Assembly: GCA_963662715.1 (NCBI GenBank)
Contig: OY759724.1
Span: forward strand, 2,460,001-2,492,000
Direction: 5' to 3'
Length of the DNA stretch: 32,000 nucleotides
Source: Candidatus Omnitrophota bacterium
Lineage (GTDB): Bacteria > Omnitrophota > Gorgyraeia > Zapsychrales > JANLHA01
Shown piece after piece: positions 15,771 to 23,615 of the stretch. The notes below the pieces were generated by a model. It was not told the origin of the DNA and searched no databases. It saw nothing but the letters and a program-made list of their open reading frames with translations. The first letter of the stretch is position 1; each line of letters begins with the position of its first letter. Both the position numbers and the translations under genes were made by a program.

Positions 15771-18419
15771 ATGAAAAGGTTGGTCCTTATATTGCTGAGT
15801 TGCCTTTTTATTTGCCCTGCTGGTGTTGCCCGTGCAGCAGAGCCTGTCCCCGGAGAAGATAAAATTCATATTTATACTGAAAAACATGTTTTGCCGAACG
15901 GATTAACGGTGCTTTTAACGGAAATGCCTGCCAGCCATTCGGTATCTCTGTACGCGTTAGTTAAAACGGGGTCAGCCCTGGAAGGGGCCTTTGTCGGGGC
16001 GGGGATGACGCATTTCATCGAGCACATGCTTTTTAAAGGCACGGATAAACGTCAGGTCGGGGACATTTCCGGGGAGATCCAGGCTTTGGGCGGTGGCATC
16101 AATGCTTCGACGAGTTTTGATTATACGGTTTATACTGTGACCGTCCCTGCCGACGGTTTCGACAAGGCTCTGGATATCCTGTCCGACATGCTCTGTCATG
16201 CTAAGTTCGACCCGGAGGAAGTCGAAAAAGAACGGGAAGTCATCGTGAAGGAGATGCGTCTCCGGGATGACCATCCGGGTTATTATCTCGGGAACAAATT
16301 GTTTGAAACAGTTTACGTCCGGCATCCTTATCGTCTGCCGATTATCGGGTATGAGGATGTCTTCCGTAAAATAACCCGGGACGATCTTTGGGGGTATTAT
16401 CATGATTTTTACACGCCTAACAATATGATTTTCTCCGTAGCGGGAAATATTGATGCTAAAGCGGCCTTGCAGAAAATACAGATGACCTTCAAAGGGGTTC
16501 ATCGGGGCCGGTATTTGCAGCGGTCGGTCCCGCAGGACCCGGAGCAGATGACGCCCCGGAGATATGAGGAGGAATATCCCTCCCCGCTGACGCGCATGTC
16601 CATTGCCTATACAGGCGTTGATTTCCTTCATGAGGACATGCCGGCTCTCGATGTCCTGTCCATGATTCTCGGGCAGGGAGAAAGTTCCCGTCTTTACAGG
16701 GTCATATTCCAGGAGAAGAAACTGGTCCGGTCCATATCCTCCTGGAACTACACGCCGATTGACCGGGGCATGTTTTCCATCGACAGCACTTTGGATTATG
16801 AGAATGTTGAAAAAACAATAACAGCTGTCGAGGAACAGGTTGATGTTATCACCCGGGAAGGCGTCGATAAAGAGGAATTAGAAAAGACCAAGAGGCAGGT
16901 GCTGAGCAGTACAATTCGCGAGTATCAGAAGTCGGGGGCCGTCGCTTTCAGGACGGCTGCGGAAGAATATATGACGGCAGACCCTGAGTTTTCAAAGAAA
17001 TATATCGAGATGATAAAACGTGTGACAAATGAAGATATCGTAAAGGTCGCCCGGAAATATCTCCGGCCGGAAAAACAGTCGGTCGTGATCATCAAACCGG
17101 AAAGTGCCAGGGAGGAGAAACCCGCGGCAGCCGGACAAAGCCAAGTCGGAGAGATCAGAAAAGAGGTCTTCCCTAACGGCTGTACGGTTCTTTTGCGCGA
17201 AAATCATAATTTCCCTTTAGTCACTCTTATGGTTTCCATGAAAGGCGGGACGCGGTTTGAGAGCGAGGCTTTAAACGGTCTTTCGGAATTAACAGCCAGG
17301 GCGTGGGTTAAAGGGACAACATCCCGATCCGCTGATGAAATTGCGAAGCAGGTGGAGTCTTTGGGAGCTTCTTTCGGCTCTTTTTCCGGGAGGAACAGTC
17401 TGGGAATGAAGATGTCTCTTTTATCCGAGGATTTGGATTTCGGGTTAGACCTGCTGCAGGAGGCGGTCCGTCATCCGTCTTTTGAAGAAGAGACCATCAA
17501 GAAGGAAAAAGAAAAACTGGCAACGGCTATTCTGTCGCGGGACGACAATATCTCGAGCCTTGCCATGAAAGCTTTGCAGCAGGATTTATTTGAGACCCCG
17601 GGATTTCGATTCCTGTCCTTGGGGACATTGGAATCTGTCGAAAACATTACCCGGAAGGATGTTTTAAATTTTTATAAGCGTGTCTGTGTCCCGGAGAATA
17701 TGGTCGTTTCGGTTTATGGGGATATCGATGCGGAGAGTGTCCTTAAAGACCTAAAGAAATATTTCGCTTCGATGCCGGAGAAAGCCTGGGAGGATGTCGT
17801 CCATGAAGAGAAGCCGGTAACCCAGCAGAAAGAGAAGACGATTTATGTGGACAAGGAGCAGGCGATGGTTGTGATCGGTTTTCACGGCACGAATTTCTCC
17901 AGCGAAGACCGCTACGGCCTGCAGGTTCTGGCCGGAATTCTCGGGTCTTCTTTCAGCGGCAGGATCTTTAATCAGATCAGAGAAGAATTGGGGCAGGCTT
18001 ATACTCTGGGCGGAAGGTTCATCCCCGGCTTGGATACGGGCATGCTCTATTTCGGTGTGCAGACCGGACCGGATCAGGCGGAAGTGGTTAAAGAGAAACT
18101 GATCGAGATCATTAAAGAAATCCAGGAGGAAGAGATCCCGCTGAAAGAGCTGACTGACATGAAATTTTATATTAAGGGAACTTTCCTGATGGGGATGGAG
18201 ACCGACGGCGAAGTTATTTTTGCAACATCCCTGGATGAACTTTATAAGTTGGGGTATGATAACTACAAAGGCTTTGACCAGGCTATTGACGGGGTGCAGC
18301 CGGAATATTTAAGGGAACTGGCGCGGGAATATCTTGATCTGGACAAAGCCGTTATTGTTACAGCTTTGCCTAAAGGGCGTCCGGACGAGGAGCTCCTTCC
18401 CACGGACAGCCTGTTTTAA
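15771..18419 (+). CDS. secreted two-module M16 (pitrilysin/insulinase, PqqL-like) zinc metallopeptidase
   Basis: Start at ATG 15771 after AGGTGAGAGG. Signal peptide MKRLVLILLSCLFICPAGVARA|AE. Inverted zincin motif HFIEHMLFKG in module 1. A second M16 half of about 420 aa (PNGCTVLLRENHNFPLVTL...) lacks HxxEH. Confidence 0.9.
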   Translation: MKRLVLILLSCLFICPAGVARAAEPVPGEDKIHIYTEKHVLPNGLTVLLTEMPASHSVSLYALVKTGSALEGAFVGAGMTHFIEHMLFKGTDKRQVGDISGEIQALGGGINASTSFDYTVYTVTVPADGFDKALDILSDMLCHAKFDPEEVEKEREVIVKEMRLRDDHPGYYLGNKLFETVYVRHPYRLPIIGYEDVFRKITRDDLWGYYHDFYTPNNMIFSVAGNIDAKAALQKIQMTFKGVHRGRYLQRSVPQDPEQMTPRRYEEEYPSPLTRMSIAYTGVDFLHEDMPALDVLSMILGQGESSRLYRVIFQEKKLVRSISSWNYTPIDRGMFSIDSTLDYENVEKTITAVEEQVDVITREGVDKEELEKTKRQVLSSTIREYQKSGAVAFRTAAEEYMTADPEFSKKYIEMIKRVTNEDIVKVARKYLRPEKQSVVIIKPESAREEKPAAAGQSQVGEIRKEVFPNGCTVLLRENHNFPLVTLMVSMKGGTRFESEALNGLSELTARAWVKGTTSRSADEIAKQVESLGASFGSFSGRNSLGMKMSLLSEDLDFGLDLLQEAVRHPSFEEETIKKEKEKLATAILSRDDNISSLAMKALQQDLFETPGFRFLSLGTLESVENITRKDVLNFYKRVCVPENMVVSVYGDIDAESVLKDLKKYFASMPEKAWEDVVHEEKPVTQQKEKTIYVDKEQAMVVIGFHGTNFSSEDRYGLQVLAGILGSSFSGRIFNQIREELGQAYTLGGRFIPGLDTGMLYFGVQTGPDQAEVVKEKLIEIIKEIQEEEIPLKELTDMKFYIKGTFLMGMETDGEVIFATSLDELYKLGYDNYKGFDQAIDGVQPEYLRELAREYLDLDKAVIVTALPKGRPDEELLPTDSLF

Positions 18420-18532
18420 GAAGGTGCGTGGTTTTTCTTGGCCAGATATGTATTTACAGGGCCGTAATTTAATGGTAAATTTATTTAGTTTTTTATTCGT
18501 ATAAGTCTTCATAGATTACACGGGGAAAAATT

Positions 18533-19894
18533 ATGGAACCAAAAGATAAAATGCAGGTGGAATCGCTTCTTCTTGATTATTTGATAGGCAAGCTGCGCGT
18601 GATGCAGGATCATGCTGAAAAATTGAGATTTATTAAAGCAGGATTACATGAGATTTTCAGGAATGATACGGCGGGGAAGTTTAAGCGGGTTAAAGAGGAA
18701 TTGGGGGTTGATGAGGTTTTGGAAGCCTTCATTAATCAGTTCCTGTCCTATAGCGAGATTCATGAATTCTTGGGAGACATGAACTGTGAAGATATCATTA
18801 TTAATGCCCTGAACCCGATTTACATCCATCACGGCGCCAAGGGTTTGATCCCCACGGGTAAGCAGTTTAAGACGTTGGAGGACCTGAACCTTTTTATCAG
18901 AAAGTTAATTGTCTTCTCGGGACGGAGAACCTTCGAGCCGATTATGAATATTGAGCTGCCGAACCTGGAAGGACGGGTGAATATCATCAAGTCGCCTTTC
19001 GGCCCGCAATTGACGATTACAAAAGCGAAATCCACGCCGTTAAGCATTCTGGAGCTTATTGATACCGGGGCCATGAATTACGAAGTCGCTGCGCAGCTCT
19101 GGCTGTATTTGGAGGGGATGTCCATCCGTCCTGCGAATATGATCATTGCCGGCGGGCCTGGGGTCGGGAAGACAACGCTATTAAATTCTTTGTTCAGTTT
19201 TTATCCTGCCCGGGACAGGTTGGTTGTTATGGAAGACACTCTGGAGCTTAGCAGTGAATTTGAAGACAGCTGTTCCCGGCTGGAGTGCTGTGAGGATTTT
19301 GATTTGGCCGATCTGGTCAAAAACAGTCTGCGTATGCGTCCGGAACGTATTATCGTCGGAGAGGTGCGCGGGGCTGAGGCCCGGGATATGATGACGGCCG
19401 CCAATGTCGGGAAATATTGTATAGGGACGATTCATGCTTTAACTTCACGCGAGGCCATCATCCGCTTGCAAAACGAACCGATGAATATCCCGGAAGACCT
19501 GATCCGTCTTATGGATGTCTTTATCGTCTTAAAGCGTTATCATGTCGAAGGGAAACTTTTCCGGGTCGTTGATGAGGTGAGCGAAACGAGCGGGATGGAA
19601 CAGGAAAAAGTGTTATTGTCGCATATTTACAAGTATGACTATGAAACAGGTGAACTGAAAACCATGGCCACGAGTACTGTTTTTCGGGACCGTTTGGCCA
19701 AAGGGGCCGGGCTGGCGCCCAAAGACATTCTTCTGGAGGTCCAGCTGCGGGCTTTCCTGCTTCAGCAGTTGGCGGAACGCGGTCACAAAACAATCCGTGA
19801 AGTGACGTCATTCTGCCGGGCTTATAATGAACGGCCTGACGCCGCGGTTGCGAACCTTGGCTTCGACCGGGCCCAGCTGCTCGGGAGAAAATAA
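18533..19894 (+). CDS. T2SSE-family secretion/pilus-assembly ATPase (CpaF/TadA - FlaI/ArlI-like)
   Basis: Walker A AGGPGVGKTTLL, Asp box LVVMEDTLEL, Walker B LRMRPERIIVGEVRGAEA, His box GTIHA, and an N-terminal domain ending EDIIINALNPIYIHH. A C-terminal helical tail of about 90 aa extends beyond the core. Confidence 0.88.
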   Translation: MEPKDKMQVESLLLDYLIGKLRVMQDHAEKLRFIKAGLHEIFRNDTAGKFKRVKEELGVDEVLEAFINQFLSYSEIHEFLGDMNCEDIIINALNPIYIHHGAKGLIPTGKQFKTLEDLNLFIRKLIVFSGRRTFEPIMNIELPNLEGRVNIIKSPFGPQLTITKAKSTPLSILELIDTGAMNYEVAAQLWLYLEGMSIRPANMIIAGGPGVGKTTLLNSLFSFYPARDRLVVMEDTLELSSEFEDSCSRLECCEDFDLADLVKNSLRMRPERIIVGEVRGAEARDMMTAANVGKYCIGTIHALTSREAIIRLQNEPMNIPEDLIRLMDVFIVLKRYHVEGKLFRVVDEVSETSGMEQEKVLLSHIYKYDYETGELKTMATSTVFRDRLAKGAGLAPKDILLEVQLRAFLLQQLAERGHKTIREVTSFCRAYNERPDAAVANLGFDRAQLLGRK

Positions 19895-19913
19895 ATTTTA
19901 AATAGATTTTTCT

Positions 19914-19987
19914 GCGCCTCTGGCTCAATTGGATAGAGCACTTGCCTACGGAGCAAGGGGTTGGAGGTTCGAGTCCTCCGAGGCGCG
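19914..19987 (+). tRNA. tRNA-Arg (anticodon ACG), no encoded CCA
   Basis: Acceptor GCGCCTC/GAGGCGC, D-stem GCTC/GAGC, anticodon stem CTTGC/GCAAG with loop CTACGGA, T-arm GGAGG-TTCGAGT-CCTCC, discriminator G. Confidence 0.93.
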
Positions 19988-19998
19988 CTTTAAACCAT

Positions 19999-21585
19999 AT
20001 GAAGGCTAATGCCATAACTCCAAAGCAGCCTCGTAGAAGGCTCCGGTCTCAGGAACACCCGATCAATCCTTTTTTATCCCAGTTGGATTTCCCCTTGTTT
20101 CATAAAATTATCAATAACGTCGGTGATGAACTGATGCTGATTGATAAAAGCGGACGTATCATTTTTGTGAATAATGCGACCATCCAAGGTTTGGGCTGCC
20201 GGAAAGAGGATCTGCTGCAAAAGAAGATTACGGATTTCTTCAAGAAAAAGATCAGCGTCAAAGAGTGGCAGCGCACCCATTTCCGTGAACTGAAAGCCAG
20301 CAAACAGCCGATGACTTACCAAGTTGACCGCACGACGGAGAGAGGCGACCATGAAACCATCTCGGTGACGGCTGTTTACACAACGTTCAACGGGCAGGAA
20401 TGCGTGCTGTCTATTGCCAGGAATATCACCCGGCTCGTTTTGCTGGAGTCCGAGTTAAAGGAGGCCGTGGATTTCTATAACCTGTTAAGCGAAGGAGCGG
20501 GGGATCCTATTCTTATTTTTAATATGGACGGCTGTATTACTTACGCTAACGCTGTGGCCGGGAAATTTCTGGAAACGCCTATCCGCAAATTAGTTGGAAA
20601 ACATTTTCAGGATATCGTTCATCCGGATTCGCGACAGGATATGGAGACGGCTTTTACGCGAAGCAGGAAATCTCCCGGACAATTCTGCATTGAAATAAAG
20701 ACACTTAACCGGAAGAAACATGAAGTGCCTTTTGAAGTGACCTTTTCAAGCGTCGTGCATAACGGGCAGATCGTGGCTATTCATACCATCGCGAGGGACC
20801 TCCGGCCGAGAAAAGAGCTTGAACAGCTGATGATAGACTCGGAGAAGATGAAGGGCATTCAATATTTCCTGACCGGCACGGCCATGGAATTGAAGAATCC
20901 TCTTTTCGGTGTTTTAAAAAAGTGTGAATCTCTGAAAAAAAAATATAGAGACCGTGATTTTGAATATATCGGATTCCGGGAATTTTCGGAACTCCTGTCG
21001 ACTTTAGACAGCATTCATCAGCAGATCAAATATTGTGTAGACACGACTGAACGGCTGGTCAACCTCAGCCGTAAAAAAGTGCATATGCGGAAAACCGGCT
21101 GTTATGCCAATGCCGTTATCAAGGACCTCTTGAGCTTGCGGGAAGATCATCTGCAGTTGAAGAAAGTCAACTATGAGTTGCATTTAAAGAAGGGGCTGCC
21201 GATGGTGGTCATAGGGGCTATTGACTTCCACCAGATCCTGACGAATGTCATCAATAATGCTGTGGAATCCATGCCCGGGGGAGGACGTATCAATATTAAA
21301 TCATCGTATCATCCCAAAACGGATCAGGTCCTCATCGAAGTCCGGGACAACGGTGTCGGTATTTCCAAAGAGCTTTTGAATCATATTTATGAGCCATTTT
21401 TTACCACCAAGCAACGGGGTGTGAATAAGAATTCCGGGCTGGGGTTGACAATCGTTTATTCTCTCATCAAAGCATGTCACGGGACGATGACTGTCATCAG
21501 TAATCTTAGAAAAGGGACAACGGTGAAAATGCTTTTCCCTGCCAAGAAACCCGCATCTTTTTCAAGGTCCAAGATCCGACAGTAA
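19999..21585 (+). CDS. cytoplasmic dual-PAS histidine-kinase-like protein with a degenerate H-box
   Basis: The track ORF start (19942) lies inside tRNA-Arg, so the first possible ATG is 19999; the start is uncertain and there is no good SD. Two PAS modules (ELMLIDKSGRIIFVN..., DPILIFNMDGCITYAN...). The dimerisation helix SEKMKGIQYFLTGTAMELKNPL has Met where His is expected. The HATPase_c domain is intact, with N box (ILTNVINNAVESM), G1 (VRDNGVGI), F (EPFFTTK) and G2 (GLGLTIV). Confidence 0.82.
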   Translation: MKANAITPKQPRRRLRSQEHPINPFLSQLDFPLFHKIINNVGDELMLIDKSGRIIFVNNATIQGLGCRKEDLLQKKITDFFKKKISVKEWQRTHFRELKASKQPMTYQVDRTTERGDHETISVTAVYTTFNGQECVLSIARNITRLVLLESELKEAVDFYNLLSEGAGDPILIFNMDGCITYANAVAGKFLETPIRKLVGKHFQDIVHPDSRQDMETAFTRSRKSPGQFCIEIKTLNRKKHEVPFEVTFSSVVHNGQIVAIHTIARDLRPRKELEQLMIDSEKMKGIQYFLTGTAMELKNPLFGVLKKCESLKKKYRDRDFEYIGFREFSELLSTLDSIHQQIKYCVDTTERLVNLSRKKVHMRKTGCYANAVIKDLLSLREDHLQLKKVNYELHLKKGLPMVVIGAIDFHQILTNVINNAVESMPGGGRINIKSSYHPKTDQVLIEVRDNGVGISKELLNHIYEPFFTTKQRGVNKNSGLGLTIVYSLIKACHGTMTVISNLRKGTTVKMLFPAKKPASFSRSKIRQ

Positions 21586-21589
21586 TATT

Positions 21590-22063
21590 ATGACAACAGA
21601 TTATGACGCCATGTATATGAGGGAGGCCATTAAACAGGCCCAGATGGCTTTTGAGCGGGATGAAGTTCCGGTGGGGGCTGTCATGACTTATGACAATAAC
21701 ATTATCGCCAAAGCGCATAATCAAGTTGAACTGTTAAAAGATCCGACCGCGCATGCCGAGATTTTAGCTATCACACAAGCTGCGAATTCCCTCAAAAGCA
21801 AGTGGTTGCTGGATTGTACGTTGTACGTCACTTTGGAGCCCTGTCCTATGTGTGCCGGAGCGCTTGTGCTTGCGAGGATAAAAACGGTTATCTTTGGGGC
21901 GGCGGACCCTAAATCCGGGGCCTGCGGGTCTGTTATGGATGTTGCGGATCATATGGCCCTGAACCATCGGATCGAGGTGAAGTCCGGTCTCCTGTCTGAT
22001 GAGTGCGGAGTATTGTTAAGTCAGTTTTTTCAGCTTAAAAGACGGCAGACTAAAGAAAAATAA
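21590..22063 (+). CDS. tadA: tRNA-specific adenosine(34) deaminase
   Basis: CDA zinc motifs HAEILAI and LEPCPMCAGAL, length 157 aa, typical N-terminus MREAIKQAQMAFERDEVPVGAV. It starts 4 nt after the preceding gene. Confidence 0.93.
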   Translation: MTTDYDAMYMREAIKQAQMAFERDEVPVGAVMTYDNNIIAKAHNQVELLKDPTAHAEILAITQAANSLKSKWLLDCTLYVTLEPCPMCAGALVLARIKTVIFGAADPKSGACGSVMDVADHMALNHRIEVKSGLLSDECGVLLSQFFQLKRRQTKEK

Positions 22064-22145
22064 TTCTTGATTAATTGCGGTCCATGATTTACTCTATGCT
22101 TTAAGATTAATATGGCATGTATTGAGGATTTTTTTTGCATTTTGG

Positions 22146-22365
22146 GGAAATCGGCACATTCTGGAATACCGTTCTTTGTAGCTGAACTGTCCCGTAACTT
22201 TATCAAACAAATCTTGGAGAGATGCCAGAGTGGTTGGCCGATTGGGCTGGAAAGTTGGGTTGGATAGCTTTTAAGGAAATCGGCACATTCTGGAATACCG
22301 TTCTTTGTTGTTGAGCTGTACCGTGATTTTATCAAATCAATCTTGGAGAGATGCCAGAGTGGTTG
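22146..22365 (+). repeat. tandem duplication (two 91-nt copies, 129-nt period) of the tRNA-Ser(GCU) upstream region plus the first 21 nt of the tRNA
   Basis: Copy 1 is 22146-22236 and copy 2 is 22275-22365. The first 34 nt (GGAAATCGGCACATTCTGGAATACCGTTCTTTGT) and the last 27 nt (ATCTTGGAGAGATGCCAGAGTGGTTG) are identical. The 30 nt between them carry 8 substitutions. Confidence 0.9.
22216..22274 (+). pseudogene. truncated/decayed tRNA-Ser fragment (5' acceptor + D-arm only)
   Basis: GGAGAGATGCCAGAGTGGTTG is identical to the 5' 21 nt of the downstream tRNA. What follows (GCCGATTGGGCTGGAAAGTTGGGTTGGATAGC...) cannot form an anticodon arm, T-arm or acceptor 3' strand. Confidence 0.7.
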
Positions 22366-22433
22366 AATGGAGCTGCCTGCTAAGCAGTTGACTTGGGTGA
22401 CCGGGTCCTCGGGTTCGAATCCCGATCTCTCCG
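22345..22433 (+). tRNA. tRNA-Ser (anticodon GCU), class II, no encoded CCA
   Basis: Acceptor GGAGAGA/TCTCTCC, anticodon stem GCTGC/GCAGT with loop CTGCTAA, long variable arm, T-arm TCGGG-TTCGAAT-CCCGA, discriminator G. Confidence 0.92.
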
Positions 22434-22625
22434 TTTATTTGTGTCTTTTCCCGCCAGAAACTATATCCTGTCTTTTGTCTCCTAAAGAATTGCGCCATTT
22501 GCCCATTATTTTTTCTGAGTTTTTACTTTTAAAGAAATAGATAATACGTCATAATATTTTATCTTTATGATTTCATCATGCAATTTCCGTCTTTTTCAAT
22601 AATTTGTTTGGGAAGGAGATAGCCA

Positions 22626-23567
22626 ATGCATATCCCGAAAAATTTGCCGGTCTCGCTTTGTTTGGCGGTTATCCTGGTGCTGACTTCTGGGCGTTGTGCC
22701 GGTGCTCTTGATTTTGAACACGTCATGTCTTTCGGCTCAGAAGGGGTTGCCCCCGGCCAGTTTAAGTATGTTGAGGATTTTGCTCTTGACAGCAAAGGGC
22801 GGCTTTTAGTCACAGACGCCGCGCATGCCTTTGTCCAGGTTTTTGATAAAACGAGCGGGGAATACATCACCCGTTTCGGCGGAAAAGGATATAATGACGA
22901 GAACCTGGAAAAGCCTGAAGGCATTTCTGTCGCCCCTGACGGCCGGATTTTTGTCGCGGATTATATAACCGGGGAGGTTGAAATTTATGATGCAGATTAT
23001 CAATGGTTAGATACTTTCAGTGAATACGGATCCGAAGAAGGCCAGAATATCAAATCAGAATTCACCGATATCTATAACGGTCTTTATTATCTTCCCGAAG
23101 CGGGAAACCACCGGATTTCCGTCTTTGACCTGCAGGGCAATTTTCAGTTCCTTTTCGGAGGGCACGGGACGGAACCCGGCAAGATGAACAATCCTGAGGC
23201 CGCAAAATTGAATAGTCAGGGCATGCTTTATGAATCGGATCTTATGAATGACAGGATTCAGATTTTTACGCCGGAAGGCAAGTTCGTTAAAGTTTTTGGG
23301 ACATCCGGAAGGGAGGCTGGACAGTTGAAATCCCCGGTCGGAATTGGTATTGATAAGGACGATAATGTTTATGTCGGGGAGATCGGCAATAACCGCGTTC
23401 AGGTTTTTGACAAGGACGGGAACCATATCACGATGTGGGGAGAGGAAGGCTCCGGGACCGGGCAGTTCGGCAATATCCACGGGGTTTTTGTGGATAAAGC
23501 AACCGGGTGGGTTTATATTGCTGATACGGCGAATCACAGGGTTCAGGTTTACAAGCCGGTGCAATAG
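22626..23567 (+). CDS. secreted NHL-repeat six-bladed beta-propeller protein
   Basis: SD GGAAGGAG upstream and an N-terminal signal peptide (LPVSLCLAVILVLTSGRCAGA). Repeated blades of the form G.G.G.F..P.G...D..G...V.D..N.R.Q.F (NHRISVFDLQGNF, NDRIQIFTPEGKF, NNRVQVFDKDGNH, ANHRVQVYKP). Confidence 0.88.
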   Translation: MHIPKNLPVSLCLAVILVLTSGRCAGALDFEHVMSFGSEGVAPGQFKYVEDFALDSKGRLLVTDAAHAFVQVFDKTSGEYITRFGGKGYNDENLEKPEGISVAPDGRIFVADYITGEVEIYDADYQWLDTFSEYGSEEGQNIKSEFTDIYNGLYYLPEAGNHRISVFDLQGNFQFLFGGHGTEPGKMNNPEAAKLNSQGMLYESDLMNDRIQIFTPEGKFVKVFGTSGREAGQLKSPVGIGIDKDDNVYVGEIGNNRVQVFDKDGNHITMWGEEGSGTGQFGNIHGVFVDKATGWVYIADTANHRVQVYKPVQ

Positions 23568-23615
23568 TTACGGCCTTCTTTAAAAAATGAAATTAAAAGG
23601 AGCAGACTAAGGCTT

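Noticed and set aside
19942-19998. N-terminal extension of the kinase-like ORF
   Set aside because: These codons lie inside tRNA-Arg(ACG), so the ORF is open there only by chance. Similar upstream extensions were trimmed for 55..246, 3627..3812, 7060..7158, 15107..15220, 15675..15770 and 30593..30649. In each case a conserved N-terminus, signal peptide or SD sits at the internal Met.
20936-20945. A9 homopolymer inside the kinase-like CDS (encodes KKK) as a possible slip-strand switch
   Set aside because: It is a single tract coding for a Lys run in a linker. There is no evidence of frame disruption or alternative frames with coding potential.
22237-22274. Possibility that the tRNA-Ser duplication marks an integrated mobile element (att site)
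   Set aside because: Only 38 nt separate the copies, there is no integrase or cargo, and the duplicated part is the 5' end plus upstream region rather than the 3' end that integrases usually target. Local tandem duplication with decay fits better.
22030-22335. 101-aa minus-strand ORF with an internal peptide repeat (..TKNGIPECADF.. twice)
   Set aside because: The peptide repeat is simply the translation of the 129-nt DNA tandem duplication upstream of tRNA-Ser. The ORF overlaps the 3' end of tadA, covers the tRNA stub and ends 10 nt before the intact tRNA-Ser gene. Not credible as a gene.
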